DNA of 64,000 nucleotides from Candidatus Saccharimonadota bacterium (GTDB taxonomy: Bacteria > Patescibacteriota > Saccharimonadia > Saccharimonadales > JAXHMH01): positions 216,379 to 280,378 of the forward strand of contig JAXHMH010000002.1 in assembly GCA_034521515.1 (NCBI GenBank), read 5' to 3'. A model generated the notes under the pieces. That model made no database searches. It was not told the origin of the DNA and saw only the letters and a program-made list of their open reading frames with translations. Numbering within the stretch: the first letter of the stretch is position 1; each line of letters starts with the position of its first letter. Shown here piece after piece: positions 34,723 to 45,112 of the stretch. Made by a program: the position numbers and the translations under genes.

Positions 34723-35349
34723 TTATTGTATACGCTTTTGCACAATTGTATCCAATTCGGCCACCGAACAAAACTCCGAACCTGTTATAGTCTCACAACT
34801 ATCTAAATTGCCATCCCCTGTTCTGTCTACCAATAAGTCATCATCTCCATAAATGACTGTCAGACTGATGCTGTACAGCCCTTCGGTAGATAGAGGTTGA
34901 ACTTCGAGGTTTGCAAGACGCATATGTAATCCCAGCAGCTCCCTCCCTTCTGGATCGGCGATGACATCCTGGGCTGGCGTAAGACTATTACATGATGCGA
35001 CCGAATCCACCACAAGCGCATTGCTAACCTGCTCATCCACAGGTGTGTTCGCTAGTTGACGATGGAGTACATAACTATACCGACGTGAACCTACACAAAA
35101 ACCCTGCGAGTTCCCATTCTCGGCTATAACAGGTTCTACACTATCGGCATTAAACTGTATAGCTTGTGACACATCTTCTAGTATCACGCGTGCTGTCTCG
35201 CTGGTTGCTGTTATGGTGACACCCTTGTAAAACATTTTGCCCACCTGAATAATACCGACACTTATGAGCAACAAAATGGTAGAAAAAACAGCCGTGGCAA
35301 CGAGTAATTCGATAATAGTAAACCCATCGTTGCTGCGATGCATGCTCAT
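34723..35349 (-). CDS. Prepilin-type minor pilin (PilW-like)
   Basis: Class III signal SNDG|FTIIELLVATAVFSTILL. Confidence 0.7.
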   Translation of the reverse strand: MSMHRSNDGFTIIELLVATAVFSTILLLISVGIIQVGKMFYKGVTITATSETARVILEDVSQAIQFNADSVEPVIAENGNSQGFCVGSRRYSYVLHRQLANTPVDEQVSNALVVDSVASCNSLTPAQDVIADPEGRELLGLHMRLANLEVQPLSTEGLYSISLTVIYGDDDLLVDRTGDGNLDSCETITGSEFCSVAELDTIVQKRIQ

Positions 35350-35804
35350 GGATACACCCTGTAGTACGCATTTAGCATCTGTGGATCACCTCCGCCTAGA
35401 CGATCCCACTGGGCACGAACATTAAAAACATATCTCCCATCACTGGAGGAATCACGAAAAATTTGTACTTGATACCTCCCACTGCCTCCATCGTCGGGAC
35501 CGAACCGACACTCATTTAGATTATCCTGTCGGACTAAACTCCCGTCGATACAGTAAGGCTCGGTTGTGTCAGAAGCGAATAAATCGTTGTCCGGTTGTGC
35601 AGCGACTGTTTTAAGCTTCTCGAGTTGCTGTTCAACCACTTTTGATGCCTCAACACGCTCGGCAGCCCGTTGGTTCATCTGTAGCGACCGACGAGCAGAC
35701 ACATACGCACCCCCGAGCACAAGCGATACAATAGCTATCGCTATTAGGACTTCAACAATGGTGTCGCCACGCTCGGATATACGAAGTCTGCTCATGATGG
35801 ACAA
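35346..35804 (-). CDS. Prepilin-type minor pilin (PilV-like)
   Basis: SERG|DTIVEVLIAIAIVSLVL. 4-nt overlap with the downstream gene. Confidence 0.65.
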   Translation of the reverse strand: MSIMSRLRISERGDTIVEVLIAIAIVSLVLGGAYVSARRSLQMNQRAAERVEASKVVEQQLEKLKTVAAQPDNDLFASDTTEPYCIDGSLVRQDNLNECRFGPDDGGSGRYQVQIFRDSSSDGRYVFNVRAQWDRLGGGDPQMLNAYYRVYP

Positions 35805-36676
35805 TCTCCTCCCTGGATTGATAGCTCGGTATACGGCGAACCCTTGCTGCCAATTGTAATAATTGCATGATTATTCCCGCCACCACTCTCTAAACAAACC
35901 GCTACACCGCCTTCGGGATTAACAGATGACGTAGCACTGTCTTGCACAATCGCATTTGCCATGGCCATTTTATCTTGTCCAAGCTGTGAGCCTTCAATCG
36001 GCAACAAGTCAACATTACGTGCACCACCTTCAGCCCCCCCCGAGCCGGACTGTCCTTGCTGTGCGAAATCAGTGAAAAAACCAACGGCTCCAATAGGATC
36101 GCCACCTGCACCTCCACTGCGCACCCAAACTACGCTTACCCCGCTCGGAATCAGGGTGTCTGATGTGAGATCTGGTGCTGCCAATGTGGCATTATTGTAT
36201 GGGGTTAACGGAATAGTGCTTGCCTCCGACAAATTCTGTACATCCCGGCCATCTATCTGCCGTCGTCCAGCAACAGAAAACGTTCTGTACATTTCTGCTG
36301 CTGGCCAATCTGTATCGTTCGGGTGAAACTGTATTACCCTGCCAATAAATATGCAGTCGGGATTCTGTCCTTGTCTGCCTTCTGCTGTTTGGGTAATCGT
36401 CGGTAAACTCCCAGAAGCGACTACGCACCGTGCGCCTTCACGATACTCGTAATAACCAGTAGACACATCATTCATGATGTCGCGTAGTTGAACATTGAAT
36501 TCCTGTATTCCATACTGAAATTCTGCCCGAGCTTGACGACCAGCCATCATCCCTGCAGCACTCACGAACAGTACTGACGAAACCGTCAAAAAAATCATAG
36601 TTTCAATAATGGTATAACCTTGCGGCTTTCTGCCACGTTTCATAGCGTCAGTATAGCATAAGCACTTCTTGGGCAA
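35792..36676 (-). CDS. Prepilin-type minor pilin (FimT/GspH-like); alternative start at ATG 36643
   Basis: KPQG|YTIIETMIFLTVSSVLF. Confidence 0.65.
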   Translation of the reverse strand: MPKKCLCYTDAMKRGRKPQGYTIIETMIFLTVSSVLFVSAAGMMAGRQARAEFQYGIQEFNVQLRDIMNDVSTGYYEYREGARCVVASGSLPTITQTAEGRQGQNPDCIFIGRVIQFHPNDTDWPAAEMYRTFSVAGRRQIDGRDVQNLSEASTIPLTPYNNATLAAPDLTSDTLIPSGVSVVWVRSGGAGGDPIGAVGFFTDFAQQGQSGSGGAEGGARNVDLLPIEGSQLGQDKMAMANAIVQDSATSSVNPEGGVAVCLESGGGNNHAIITIGSKGSPYTELSIQGGDCPS

Positions 36677-36682
36677 GAGGCA

Positions 36683-37537
36683 TTATATGAGTAAGATATT
36701 AGTGCTGTACCACTGAACCAACAGATCACCCCACAAAAACATAATGATACCTGCGATGATAAGAAATGGACCAAACGGTATTTTGTTGGCAACTTGCAAT
36801 CGCTTGGTAAGCAGGAACGGCAAAACTGTGATCGTCCCAATTATAGACGATAGAAAGATTACTCCAGCAGCTTTTAGTGCGCTGCCAGCGAGTAAGCCAA
36901 GTAAAAAACCAAGCTTTACATCCCCGCCACCAATCCATCTGCCATCCGATACCTGAAACAGAATCCAGAAAAACCCGCCACCAACAATTGTAGCTAAAAC
37001 TAGTGAAAAAATGTCAGAAAGATTACCTTGAAATAATACCCACACAATACTAACGACCACCCAAAATATTCCTAGCGGGTAAACCAGCTTGTTGGGTAGT
37101 AACATCCACTTAATGTCGTAAACAGTCAGAGCAACCAAGCCCGTCAACAACACCAACCAGCTAACAAATAGCACCCAGCCGGCTAGCTCAAAACCATACG
37201 GCCATGCAAGGTACGACATAACGAAAAGCAACCCAGTCGTCAGCTCTACAGCCGGATATTGCCAATTTATTGATTTATGACAATAGCGGCACCTTCCCTT
37301 CAAGGTAAGCCAGCTAACAAGTGGGATTAAATCCTTTGGGTTAAGCGCATGTTTACAATGTGGGCACATCGATCGGCCAAATAAGCCATAATCGCCTTGC
37401 CAAAGACTATTTTTACTTTTTATTTTTTTTGATTTGCGAGTTTTTGCGTGTTTAATGCTTTGGTGTATTCGAAACACTAGAGCATTTACAAAACTACCCA
37501 GCGCTAGGCCGTAAATAAACAGTATTACATAAATCAT
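36683..37537 (-). CDS. pilD: Prepilin peptidase / N-methyltransferase (peptidase A24)
   Basis: CPHC...CRYC zinc motif in the N-terminal region, polytopic, GGGDVKL-type aspartyl motif. Confidence 0.88.
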   Translation of the reverse strand: MIYVILFIYGLALGSFVNALVFRIHQSIKHAKTRKSKKIKSKNSLWQGDYGLFGRSMCPHCKHALNPKDLIPLVSWLTLKGRCRYCHKSINWQYPAVELTTGLLFVMSYLAWPYGFELAGWVLFVSWLVLLTGLVALTVYDIKWMLLPNKLVYPLGIFWVVVSIVWVLFQGNLSDIFSLVLATIVGGGFFWILFQVSDGRWIGGGDVKLGFLLGLLAGSALKAAGVIFLSSIIGTITVLPFLLTKRLQVANKIPFGPFLIIAGIIMFLWGDLLVQWYSTNILLI

Positions 37538-37557
37538 TTACGCTTAATCTTATCACA

Positions 37558-37582
37558 TAAAAAGCGGCCAATCTGTGGCCGC
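37558..37582 (-). terminator. Intrinsic terminator after the major pilin gene
   Basis: Minus sense GCGGCCA-cagat-TGGCCGC + TTTTT, 42 nt after the pilA stop. Confidence 0.65.
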
Positions 37583-37623
37583 TTTTTGCACATCGCATCC
37601 TTTTTATTACTTGCAGTAATACT

Positions 37624-38106
37624 TTAGCCCTCTTGACATTGAGGAACAGCTCCGCCAGTTGAATCTTCAACAGAAAATCGAACTGCTATTTGGCGGCTAG
37701 AACCAGCTAACGTGTCCCCTATTTCTGACTCGTCACATCTGGCACCTGAAACCAATTGCATTGCATCAATATCAACTTCGCTGGATTGAGCACCGGAATC
37801 CACACTGGTCGGCGGTTCAAGAAAACCCAAGTTGGCTAAATCATTAATTGTTGTAACATCGTCGTTATCGGAGGGCAGTTGGCCATTATTATTGGCAACG
37901 AACTCATTTACAGCACCCAGATAAGAGGCGACGTCGTTGCGACGTTGAGTATTTCGACTGTTTCGTTGAAGTGCCGGAACAGCCAAAAACACCACCAGCA
38001 TAATCAATCCGGCAATTGCTAGTACAATCAAAACTTCAATGATCGTAAAACCGTTAGAGCTGCCTAAGACCGACCCTTTCTTGTTTTTATCTGTTTTAGT
38101 TTTCAT
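37624..38106 (-). CDS. pilA: Type IV major pilin
   Basis: SSNG|FTIIEVLIVLAIAGLIMLVVFLAVPAL. C-terminal Cys pair (C...C) typical of the D-region. Has its own terminator. Confidence 0.85.
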   Translation of the reverse strand: MKTKTDKNKKGSVLGSSNGFTIIEVLIVLAIAGLIMLVVFLAVPALQRNSRNTQRRNDVASYLGAVNEFVANNNGQLPSDNDDVTTINDLANLGFLEPPTSVDSGAQSSEVDIDAMQLVSGARCDESEIGDTLAGSSRQIAVRFSVEDSTGGAVPQCQEG

Positions 38107-38196
38107 AATGCAAACGCCCCCTTTGCACTTTATAATTTACGCTACTATATGAAGCAAGCTTAACGCTAATGCTATTGAAATGCAACCCTGTATAAA

Positions 38197-39414
38197 TCAA
38201 CGTATGACTCCTTGTCCGGCTAGCCCATAGATGGGTAGTAATATTGCAGCAACGATTATGAAAGCAAAAATACCGAGAATTACCATCAAGACTGGTTCAA
38301 TTATTGTGGATATAGCCTTCACTTGGTTATCAACTTCTTTTTCATAATAGTCTGCTACTTTACTCATCATCTCTTCTATAGAACCAGATTGTTCACCTAT
38401 ACTAAGCATATCTGGAACAAGCGGTAAGAAATTCCCATCATCTTTAAGAGAATCAGACAGCGATTTCCCTCCCCTAACCTTCTCAATGGCATTCCGGAGA
38501 CTCTTCTCTACGTGTACATTATTGATACTCTTGGCCGTAATCTCCAACATTTGGATAAGTGGCACTCCACTAGCAATTAGAGTTGTTCCTGTGCGCGCGA
38601 ATCGCGCCATGTACATCTTCATAAAAAGCGGGGATATTGGCCATATTTTCATTTTTAGCCTGTCTACTAAGCTTTTTCCGCCAAGTGTTTTAACCCATCT
38701 ACTCGTAAAGAATGCGATTAAGCCGATACAAAGTAAGACGACCCACCAAAAATTAATAACAAACGAGGAAATGGCCAACAAAACACGCGTAACAAGCGGA
38801 AGTTGGGCGCCTGGCAGGCCAGCATATAGTTGTTCCACCTGTGGTAATACGCTCACAATCATAAATATGACAACTCCAAGCATAACCAAAATAACAATAA
38901 CTGGATAAACCATCGCGCCGCGCACCTTACTCATCAACTCAGCATCTTTCTCTTGTTGATCTGCAAGTCGCTCTAGCGATTTATCAAGGGTGCCCGAGGT
39001 TTCACCGGCAGCAATCATATTTACATATACTTGATCAAACACATTTGAGTGTTTGTCCATTGCTTTGGATAAGGTCATTCCGGCTTCAACATCGTTAATC
39101 AATTGGCTAACTACTGTTTCCAGGGCTGAATTTTGTGTTTGTTTCGCCACATTTCGTAATGCTTGAATCAACGGCAAGCCTGCGTTAATCAGGGTTGACA
39201 ATTGTCGCGAGAAAAGCACCTTATCCTTGGCACGGATTCTATTTTTTATCTTGCCAAAACCTTTTTGGGTGCTCTCTTTGGCTTTTATATCAATCGGTGC
39301 GAGGCCTTCTTGGTGAATAAGTTTTGCGGCTGCCTGTTCGCTATCAGCTTGAACCTCGGCTTTAACCTTTTCGCCAGTGGCGGGATTGCGGGCTGTATAA
39401 GTAAACGTTAGCAT
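38197..39414 (-). CDS. pilC: Type IV pilus platform protein PilC (GspF family)
   Basis: 405 aa, two GspF repeats, 3 TM, AGETSGTLD / GEQSGSIEE motifs. Confidence 0.9.
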   Translation of the reverse strand: MLTFTYTARNPATGEKVKAEVQADSEQAAAKLIHQEGLAPIDIKAKESTQKGFGKIKNRIRAKDKVLFSRQLSTLINAGLPLIQALRNVAKQTQNSALETVVSQLINDVEAGMTLSKAMDKHSNVFDQVYVNMIAAGETSGTLDKSLERLADQQEKDAELMSKVRGAMVYPVIVILVMLGVVIFMIVSVLPQVEQLYAGLPGAQLPLVTRVLLAISSFVINFWWVVLLCIGLIAFFTSRWVKTLGGKSLVDRLKMKIWPISPLFMKMYMARFARTGTTLIASGVPLIQMLEITAKSINNVHVEKSLRNAIEKVRGGKSLSDSLKDDGNFLPLVPDMLSIGEQSGSIEEMMSKVADYYEKEVDNQVKAISTIIEPVLMVILGIFAFIIVAAILLPIYGLAGQGVIR

Positions 39415-39435
39415 ACAGAATCTCCGGTTTTACGA

Positions 39436-39463
39436 GTTGAAAGTTGAAAGTTGAAAGTTGAAA
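39436..39463. repeat. Perfect (GTTGAAA)x4 tandem heptamer between pilT and pilC
   Basis: gttgaaagttgaaagttgaaagttgaaa. On the mRNA strand this is (UUUCAAC)x4, 22 nt upstream of the pilC AUG. Partly complementary to the purine-rich words at 39480-39512. Confidence 0.95.
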
Positions 39464-39516
39464 GTACTCTGTTTTTTGCTTTATTAATCTTATAAACTTT
39501 TAACATTATACTTCCA

Positions 39517-40590
39517 TTATCCTCTCATTAGTCGATCAAGCTCTTCAATATCAACTGCAACCATTCTTGCTTCTTCATACGTTATGGTACCGTTATGGAT
39601 CAAATTAACCAGCGTTTTATCCATAGATTGCATGCCATGATCTGACCCGGTTTGAATAACTGCTTCTAGCTGGTGTGTTTTACCTTCACGGATAATATTG
39701 CGCACTGCTGACGTCGCAATAAGAACCTCTGCAGCAACCACGCGCCCACCCCCAATTCCCGGCACAAGTCTTTGTGAGCAAATTGCCATTAGGATATTTG
39801 ATAACTGGGTACGAATTTGTGGCTGTTGGTGCGGCGGAAACACATCAACCATACGGTCGATACTCTGCGACGCGGAGTTAGTATGCAACGTTGCAAGCAC
39901 TAGGTGGCCGGTCTCAGCAATAGTGATAGCTGCGGCAATCGTCTCAAGGTCACGCATTTCACCGATCAAAACAACGTCAGGATCTTGACGTAAGCTACTG
40001 CGTAATGCTGCTGAAAAGGAGTAAGTATCGTAATGAACTTCGCGCTGCACAACTACAGACTTTTTGGGTTTATGAGTAAACTCGACAGGATCCTCAATAG
40101 TAACAATATGCGCTGAGCGTTCGCTGTTAATTTTATCTAAAATAGCGGCAAGTGTAGTTGATTTACCGGAGCCGGTTGGACCAGTAACCAGTACTAATCC
40201 TCGAGGATAGTCTGCAAATTTACTCACTGTTTGCGGTAAACCAAGTTGTTCCACGCTTAAAATTTCGTTTGGAATCAAACGAAGTGCTGCAGCCAAGTTG
40301 CCTCGCTCATGAAACGCGTTAACACGAAAACGGCCAAGATCCCCAAAGGCAAAACTAAAATCAAACTCTTTGTCTTTTAGTAGTATTTGCTTTTGATCGT
40401 CGTCCAAGATTGCAAAAATAAGTGTTTCGACGGCTTCTTCTGTTAGTGCATCAGCGCTCTGTACCGCAACTAGCGCACCGTCAACCCTCAACATCGGCGG
40501 CAAACCAACCTGAATATGAAGATCGGATGCTTTCTTTTTAATAACTTCTTCTAGTAATACTTCGATTCTTGGTTGTGCTGCCATATCCAC
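39517..40590 (-). CDS. pilT: Twitching-motility retraction ATPase PilT
   Basis: 357 aa, GPTGSGKSTTLAA, Asp/His boxes (VVLIGEMRD, TGHLVLATLHT), no GSPII_E N-domain. Confidence 0.92.
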   Translation of the reverse strand: MDMAAQPRIEVLLEEVIKKKASDLHIQVGLPPMLRVDGALVAVQSADALTEEAVETLIFAILDDDQKQILLKDKEFDFSFAFGDLGRFRVNAFHERGNLAAALRLIPNEILSVEQLGLPQTVSKFADYPRGLVLVTGPTGSGKSTTLAAILDKINSERSAHIVTIEDPVEFTHKPKKSVVVQREVHYDTYSFSAALRSSLRQDPDVVLIGEMRDLETIAAAITIAETGHLVLATLHTNSASQSIDRMVDVFPPHQQPQIRTQLSNILMAICSQRLVPGIGGGRVVAAEVLIATSAVRNIIREGKTHQLEAVIQTGSDHGMQSMDKTLVNLIHNGTITYEEARMVAVDIEELDRLMRG

Positions 40591-40609
40591 CCTTCCGTTG
40601 TTGTATATG

Positions 40610-42412
40610 TTAAGCGCTATCTGCTGCGGCTACGCGATTTACTTCGTTTATAGAGGTATATCCTGCCAGAGCTTTCAAATATCCATCTTCGCGCATGGTA
40701 ATCATGCCTTGTTTTTGCGCAGTTCTTTGAATATCCGAACTAGTTGACCGTTTTAAAATGTGCTCTTGGATCTCTTCAGAAACATCGAATACTTCATACA
40801 GACCCATTCGCCCCTTGTACCCTCCTGGTGTCTCGGGACTTTCTTTGCCCTCAAATAAAGTATAAGCGTTTTGCCCGCTTAGAGGCAAGCTTTCGTAACC
40901 TAAATCCTCTGCAACTTGCTTTACGTCGGCTTCTGTTTTTGGCAGCAAATGCCCGACAGTTGAGTTAATTGCCTCAACTTCTGCTTTGGTGGCTTGACGT
41001 TCTTCTTTTTCTTCAGTTAAGCGACGAACCAGACGCTGACCAATCACCGTATGTACGGTACTGGCTATCAAGAACGGTTCTATTTCCATATCAAGCAATC
41101 GAGGAAGAATACCGGCCGCTGAGTTGGTATGCAGTGTCGAGAACACAAGATGCCCTGTCAAGGCCGCCTGTACCGCAAGCGTAGCTGTCTCGCTATCACG
41201 AATTTCCCCGACCATAACTATGTCAGGATCTTGACGCAATATCGATCGTAAGCCAGACGCAAAGTTTAAGCCGACTTCCGGATTAACTTGAATCTGATTA
41301 ATACCTTCCATCTTATATTCAACCGGGTCTTCCAGTGTCACGATGTTAACGGCATCGTTTTTGATTTCTTGAATTAACGCATAAAGTGAAGTTGACTTAC
41401 CTGATCCGGTTGGACCGCTTGTCAGCACCATACCATTGGAGCGCTCTAGGCCCTTTCGAATTGTTCGCAGTGCTCGTCCGTGATAACCCATATCCTCTAA
41501 CTTAAAACTGGTACCGGATTTATCAAGCAGACGAATAACCACTTGTTCACCCCAGACAACTGGCGAAATTGCAATACGTAGATCAATCGGTCGGTCTTCA
41601 ACCATAATGGTGAACTGTCCGTCTTGCGGTGTTCTGTGTTCATCGATTTTTAGACTTGCTAGGATCTTTATACGAGAAACCAAGGCTGCCTCTGTATTTT
41701 TCGGTAACTTCATAATCTCACGCAAAACTCCGTCAATTCGGCAGCGTATTTTCAGCTCATGCTCGGTTGGTTCAATGTGTATATCGCTGGCTCTGTTTTT
41801 GGCAGCGTATTCCATAATGGCTGACAAAGCCTTACTTATTGGAGAATCTTGAACAATGGTTTTAATTTTGTCTTGAGTCTTATCAGATTTGCCACCGTCA
41901 GTATCTTGATCCGCCTGTTTCTTACCCGCCTGATTCCCTTCCAAGACATCGGTTACCTGCGTATCTAAACGAGCATCATACTGCTTTAAAACCCTCCGAA
42001 TACCTTCTTCGCTGGCTGCATACACTTTAAGGGGTCGTCCGATTTTGTTAGCCAAGAAATCAACCGCCTGTACGTTATCGGCGTCAAGCATGGCAACAAC
42101 GAGACGATTCTGCATCTCTCCAAGCGGAACAGCCATATAGCGCTCGGCTATGTCTTGCGGCAATAACATTAATATGTCTGGATTTATTCTGGCGTTGGTA
42201 AGATTCACGTATGGTATTTTGCTGGCTTGAGCCATAGCCTTAGTAAGCACCTCGTTATCCACCAAACCGTCTTCAACGAGTAGACCAAATAGAGGTTTTT
42301 TAGCTGTCTCAGCCTTTGCTTTGGCAGCTTTCAACGCATCAGCGGTTATATCTCCGTCTTTAACGAGATTATCTTCAACTTGTTTCTGGGTTGCAGAAGA
42401 TAAGACACTCAT
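40610..42412 (-). CDS. pilB: Type IV pilus assembly ATPase PilB
   Basis: 600 aa, N-terminal GSPII_E_N repeat, GPTGSGKSTSLYA, IVMVGEIRD, TGHLVFSTLHT. Confidence 0.92.
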   Translation of the reverse strand: MSVLSSATQKQVEDNLVKDGDITADALKAAKAKAETAKKPLFGLLVEDGLVDNEVLTKAMAQASKIPYVNLTNARINPDILMLLPQDIAERYMAVPLGEMQNRLVVAMLDADNVQAVDFLANKIGRPLKVYAASEEGIRRVLKQYDARLDTQVTDVLEGNQAGKKQADQDTDGGKSDKTQDKIKTIVQDSPISKALSAIMEYAAKNRASDIHIEPTEHELKIRCRIDGVLREIMKLPKNTEAALVSRIKILASLKIDEHRTPQDGQFTIMVEDRPIDLRIAISPVVWGEQVVIRLLDKSGTSFKLEDMGYHGRALRTIRKGLERSNGMVLTSGPTGSGKSTSLYALIQEIKNDAVNIVTLEDPVEYKMEGINQIQVNPEVGLNFASGLRSILRQDPDIVMVGEIRDSETATLAVQAALTGHLVFSTLHTNSAAGILPRLLDMEIEPFLIASTVHTVIGQRLVRRLTEEKEERQATKAEVEAINSTVGHLLPKTEADVKQVAEDLGYESLPLSGQNAYTLFEGKESPETPGGYKGRMGLYEVFDVSEEIQEHILKRSTSSDIQRTAQKQGMITMREDGYLKALAGYTSINEVNRVAAADSA

Positions 42413-42427
42413 CTGTATGACTCCTCT

Positions 42428-42682
42428 CTACTGCTCAGAATCATCAAACGGACTAGTGTTCGGATCATCGGTACCAATTCTTATTTCTTGTGTTGGGTTA
42501 ATTGAATCCTCGTTAAAAAACCTTTCATCTGGAGTTGGAAATTCAGAAACTATTGGATGCACCACTTCAACTTCCTGTTGCCTATTCTCTGGTGTTGATA
42601 TCAATAAGTTAGACAATATAAACGAAAATATACCGGTTATGAAAATTATTATAATAACGAGTGCTATGTCTTTCTGCTTCAT
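42428..42682 (-). CDS. Small single-TM protein within the pilus cluster (PilP position)
   Basis: 84 aa, N-terminal TM. 4-nt overlap with the upstream pilO-like gene. Confidence 0.45.
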   Translation of the reverse strand: MKQKDIALVIIIIFITGIFSFILSNLLISTPENRQQEVEVVHPIVSEFPTPDERFFNEDSINPTQEIRIGTDDPNTSPFDDSEQ

Positions 42683-43356
42683 CGGATTACCCTTGTGTCG
42701 ATGGTTAGACTTTTACCTGGCTGATAGTATGTTTTAGCCTTTAGCAGTAACTCTATATCGTTCTGCTCCCCACTAATGGTAAGCTGCGTTATATGGAAAG
42801 GTCGTATGGATCTATCAATATCATCAATTAGCTGTTTTACAGTTTCGTAGTTAGCCGAAACACTGAACTCAAAAGGCATCTCAATTGGACTAGGGTTGGT
42901 TTGCCCTTCCACGTCCTGATGTGCAAGCTCATCATCAACACCGGAAATACTGTTTATCGCGACACCTCCGTTCCTTAACATTTTCTCCACACTTGCGGTT
43001 AATGCCGGAAAATCGTACGTACTAGGTAGTGCATCAAGTATGATTTTTGCATTATCACCACCCCGTGCAGTATTGCTTGTAGAACTACCGGATATTATAT
43101 TCTCGGGAGATTCAACAAACACCTTATATGAGGCGAGCAACTCCTCAACTTCTTCGATATTTTTTAATAACTGATCTCTAGCCTTGGTTTTTTCGGTTAT
43201 AATCTCTGACTGATAAGATTGCTGATCAAACAAAGCAAACGATCCAACGATAGAGAATACCGTAACAATCGAAGCAACAATTACAACTGTTAACATTGCC
43301 GCATTAGCCTTGCTAATCTGAACCCTCTTACCTGATATGATGGGCGATAAAGCCAT
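42679..43356 (-). CDS. pilO: PilO-like pilus alignment protein
   Basis: 225 aa, N-terminal TM + coiled-coil + C-terminal ferredoxin-like region. Position after pilN. Confidence 0.55.
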   Translation of the reverse strand: MALSPIISGKRVQISKANAAMLTVVIVASIVTVFSIVGSFALFDQQSYQSEIITEKTKARDQLLKNIEEVEELLASYKVFVESPENIISGSSTSNTARGGDNAKIILDALPSTYDFPALTASVEKMLRNGGVAINSISGVDDELAHQDVEGQTNPSPIEMPFEFSVSANYETVKQLIDDIDRSIRPFHITQLTISGEQNDIELLLKAKTYYQPGKSLTIDTRVIR

Positions 43357-44072
43357 TACTGTGTCTCCTCGCTCTCTGGTTGAAATAGATCTACCGGCCG
43401 CTGAATTTGTGATCGTGTTGTAACGGTCTGGGGCACCGTAAGTGTTACATCATTCCGGTCATCAAAGATTATGGGGTCATACGTAAACGTAATTTGATAA
43501 TTGGCACCTTCTTCTGTGACGCTAAACTGACTGAGTACCACTTGACTGAAGGCTGTTTCGTTGTTTAGCTCAGGTTCATTATCATCTTCCTCAGAAACAA
43601 TGCTATATGTAGAGAACTTTAAAGAATCTACATACTCATTAACTATACTAAGTGCGCTGTTTTCGTCGATTGCCACTGTGCTGCCAGAGATAGAAGCCGT
43701 TTGAAGATTAAAATCTATATCAAATTTTGATATTGTCGCCTCTACCGGGGTTACTTTAGAAATATATTCAAACAGCCTGTTTGCTGCCGGTTTTTCTTCG
43801 TGTAAATCAGTTAAGCTAAATAGCTGGTTTTGTACGGTTAGAATTTTATCAAGCTCCGGTATATCTTGGAGTTCTTGGCTTGACTGAGCAATATCTTCAT
43901 CAAGATTATTTATGTGTGTTCTCTGGACAACATTTACATACAAAAACAGTAGCACCAAAATAGCAAACGCAGAACATCCAACCAACGAAGAGAGCAGTAT
44001 GACAACCCGCTTGGTGCGTTTTGTCTTAATGTATTCAATTTTTACATCAGGTAGAAGATTAAACTGTATCAT
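43356..44072 (-). CDS. pilN: PilN-like fimbrial assembly protein
   Basis: IQFNLLPD start motif, single TM. 1-nt overlaps with both neighbours. Confidence 0.7.
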   Translation of the reverse strand: MIQFNLLPDVKIEYIKTKRTKRVVILLSSLVGCSAFAILVLLFLYVNVVQRTHINNLDEDIAQSSQELQDIPELDKILTVQNQLFSLTDLHEEKPAANRLFEYISKVTPVEATISKFDIDFNLQTASISGSTVAIDENSALSIVNEYVDSLKFSTYSIVSEEDDNEPELNNETAFSQVVLSQFSVTEEGANYQITFTYDPIIFDDRNDVTLTVPQTVTTRSQIQRPVDLFQPESEETQ

Positions 44073-45112
44073 TAGCCAATCCTCTCCGCTAAACCGGCTG
44101 CCACACCGAAGTGGTTAGACACAGCAAGCAGTTCATTTTGCCGCTCAGACGGGAATACGACATTTTGCCAAGCATTACCTATCTCTACACTGATACCAAA
44201 TTTGTTTGCCACGTACAGTGGGAACTCCGGCAAAGCTGAAGCGCCCCCTGTAACAACAATACGTTCTATAGGCACGTTGGGGTATCTGGTCTGGAAAAAT
44301 TTTATTGACTTATCAATCTCATTTACTAACACATCAACGGTGCCAATAATTGCTTGATACACCTGCCCCTCTAGTTTTTCTTTACCTAGTCCAAACTTGA
44401 ATACAAACTGTTCGGCTTGTTTTTCATCAACCCCAAGATTTTGTGTAGCTGATTTAATAATTGCTTCAGCACCCGTCGGTATAGATCTGGTTAAACGTGG
44501 CGCACCGTTCATAGCAATGACCAAATCGGTACTTTTATTACCAATATCAAGCACCATGTGCGGTGTCGTGGCATTAGACGGAAGCATGGCTCGAGTTAAT
44601 GCTAGGTTATCCGGCTCAAAGGCAATAACATTAAGACCGATCGATTCCAGCATGTCCAAACGATTCTCTACAAACTCATTAGTAACACTTGAGATCAACA
44701 CTTCTACCTTTGTCTTGTCCTTTGGAGAATCTCCAAGCAATGCCCAGTCAAGTTTTGATTCAGAGAGCGGAGTCGGTATTAAAGAATCTGCTTGGTATCG
44801 TATAGATTTGTCTAGTTCAGACGGATCAAGCCGGTCAATATCTACTACCGTGGTAAAAACTCGTTGTGAAGGTAATCCGACCGCAACATTTTTAGTTGAT
44901 ATCTTTGCCTGTGCCAATAAATCTCGAATTGTTTGCATGAGTTTCTGCTGATCGGCTTTTGAGTCGCTCATTGAAACTTTGCTATCAACCGAAATTTGAG
45001 CGTACTTTATTAGAGACTTCGGCACCTTATTACCTTGCAGCTCGACCGCTCGCACAGCGGTAGTGCCAATGTCTAAGCCGATAAATTCAGATACCCCACT
45101 CAATATGCTCAT
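44072..45112 (-). CDS. pilM: Type IV pilus assembly protein PilM (actin-like ATPase fold)
   Basis: GLDIGTTAVRAVEL, DIGNKSTDL, VVTGGASALPEF. Confidence 0.88.
   Translation of the reverse strand: MSILSGVSEFIGLDIGTTAVRAVELQGNKVPKSLIKYAQISVDSKVSMSDSKADQQKLMQTIRDLLAQAKISTKNVAVGLPSQRVFTTVVDIDRLDPSELDKSIRYQADSLIPTPLSESKLDWALLGDSPKDKTKVEVLISSVTNEFVENRLDMLESIGLNVIAFEPDNLALTRAMLPSNATTPHMVLDIGNKSTDLVIAMNGAPRLTRSIPTGAEAIIKSATQNLGVDEKQAEQFVFKFGLGKEKLEGQVYQAIIGTVDVLVNEIDKSIKFFQTRYPNVPIERIVVTGGASALPEFPLYVANKFGISVEIGNAWQNVVFPSERQNELLAVSNHFGVAAGLAERIG

Noticed and set aside
39436-39463. CRISPR array (regularly spaced short repeats)
   Set aside because: The units are 7 nt and contiguous with no spacers, and no cas genes are in the window. 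The same applies to all the heptad arrays.
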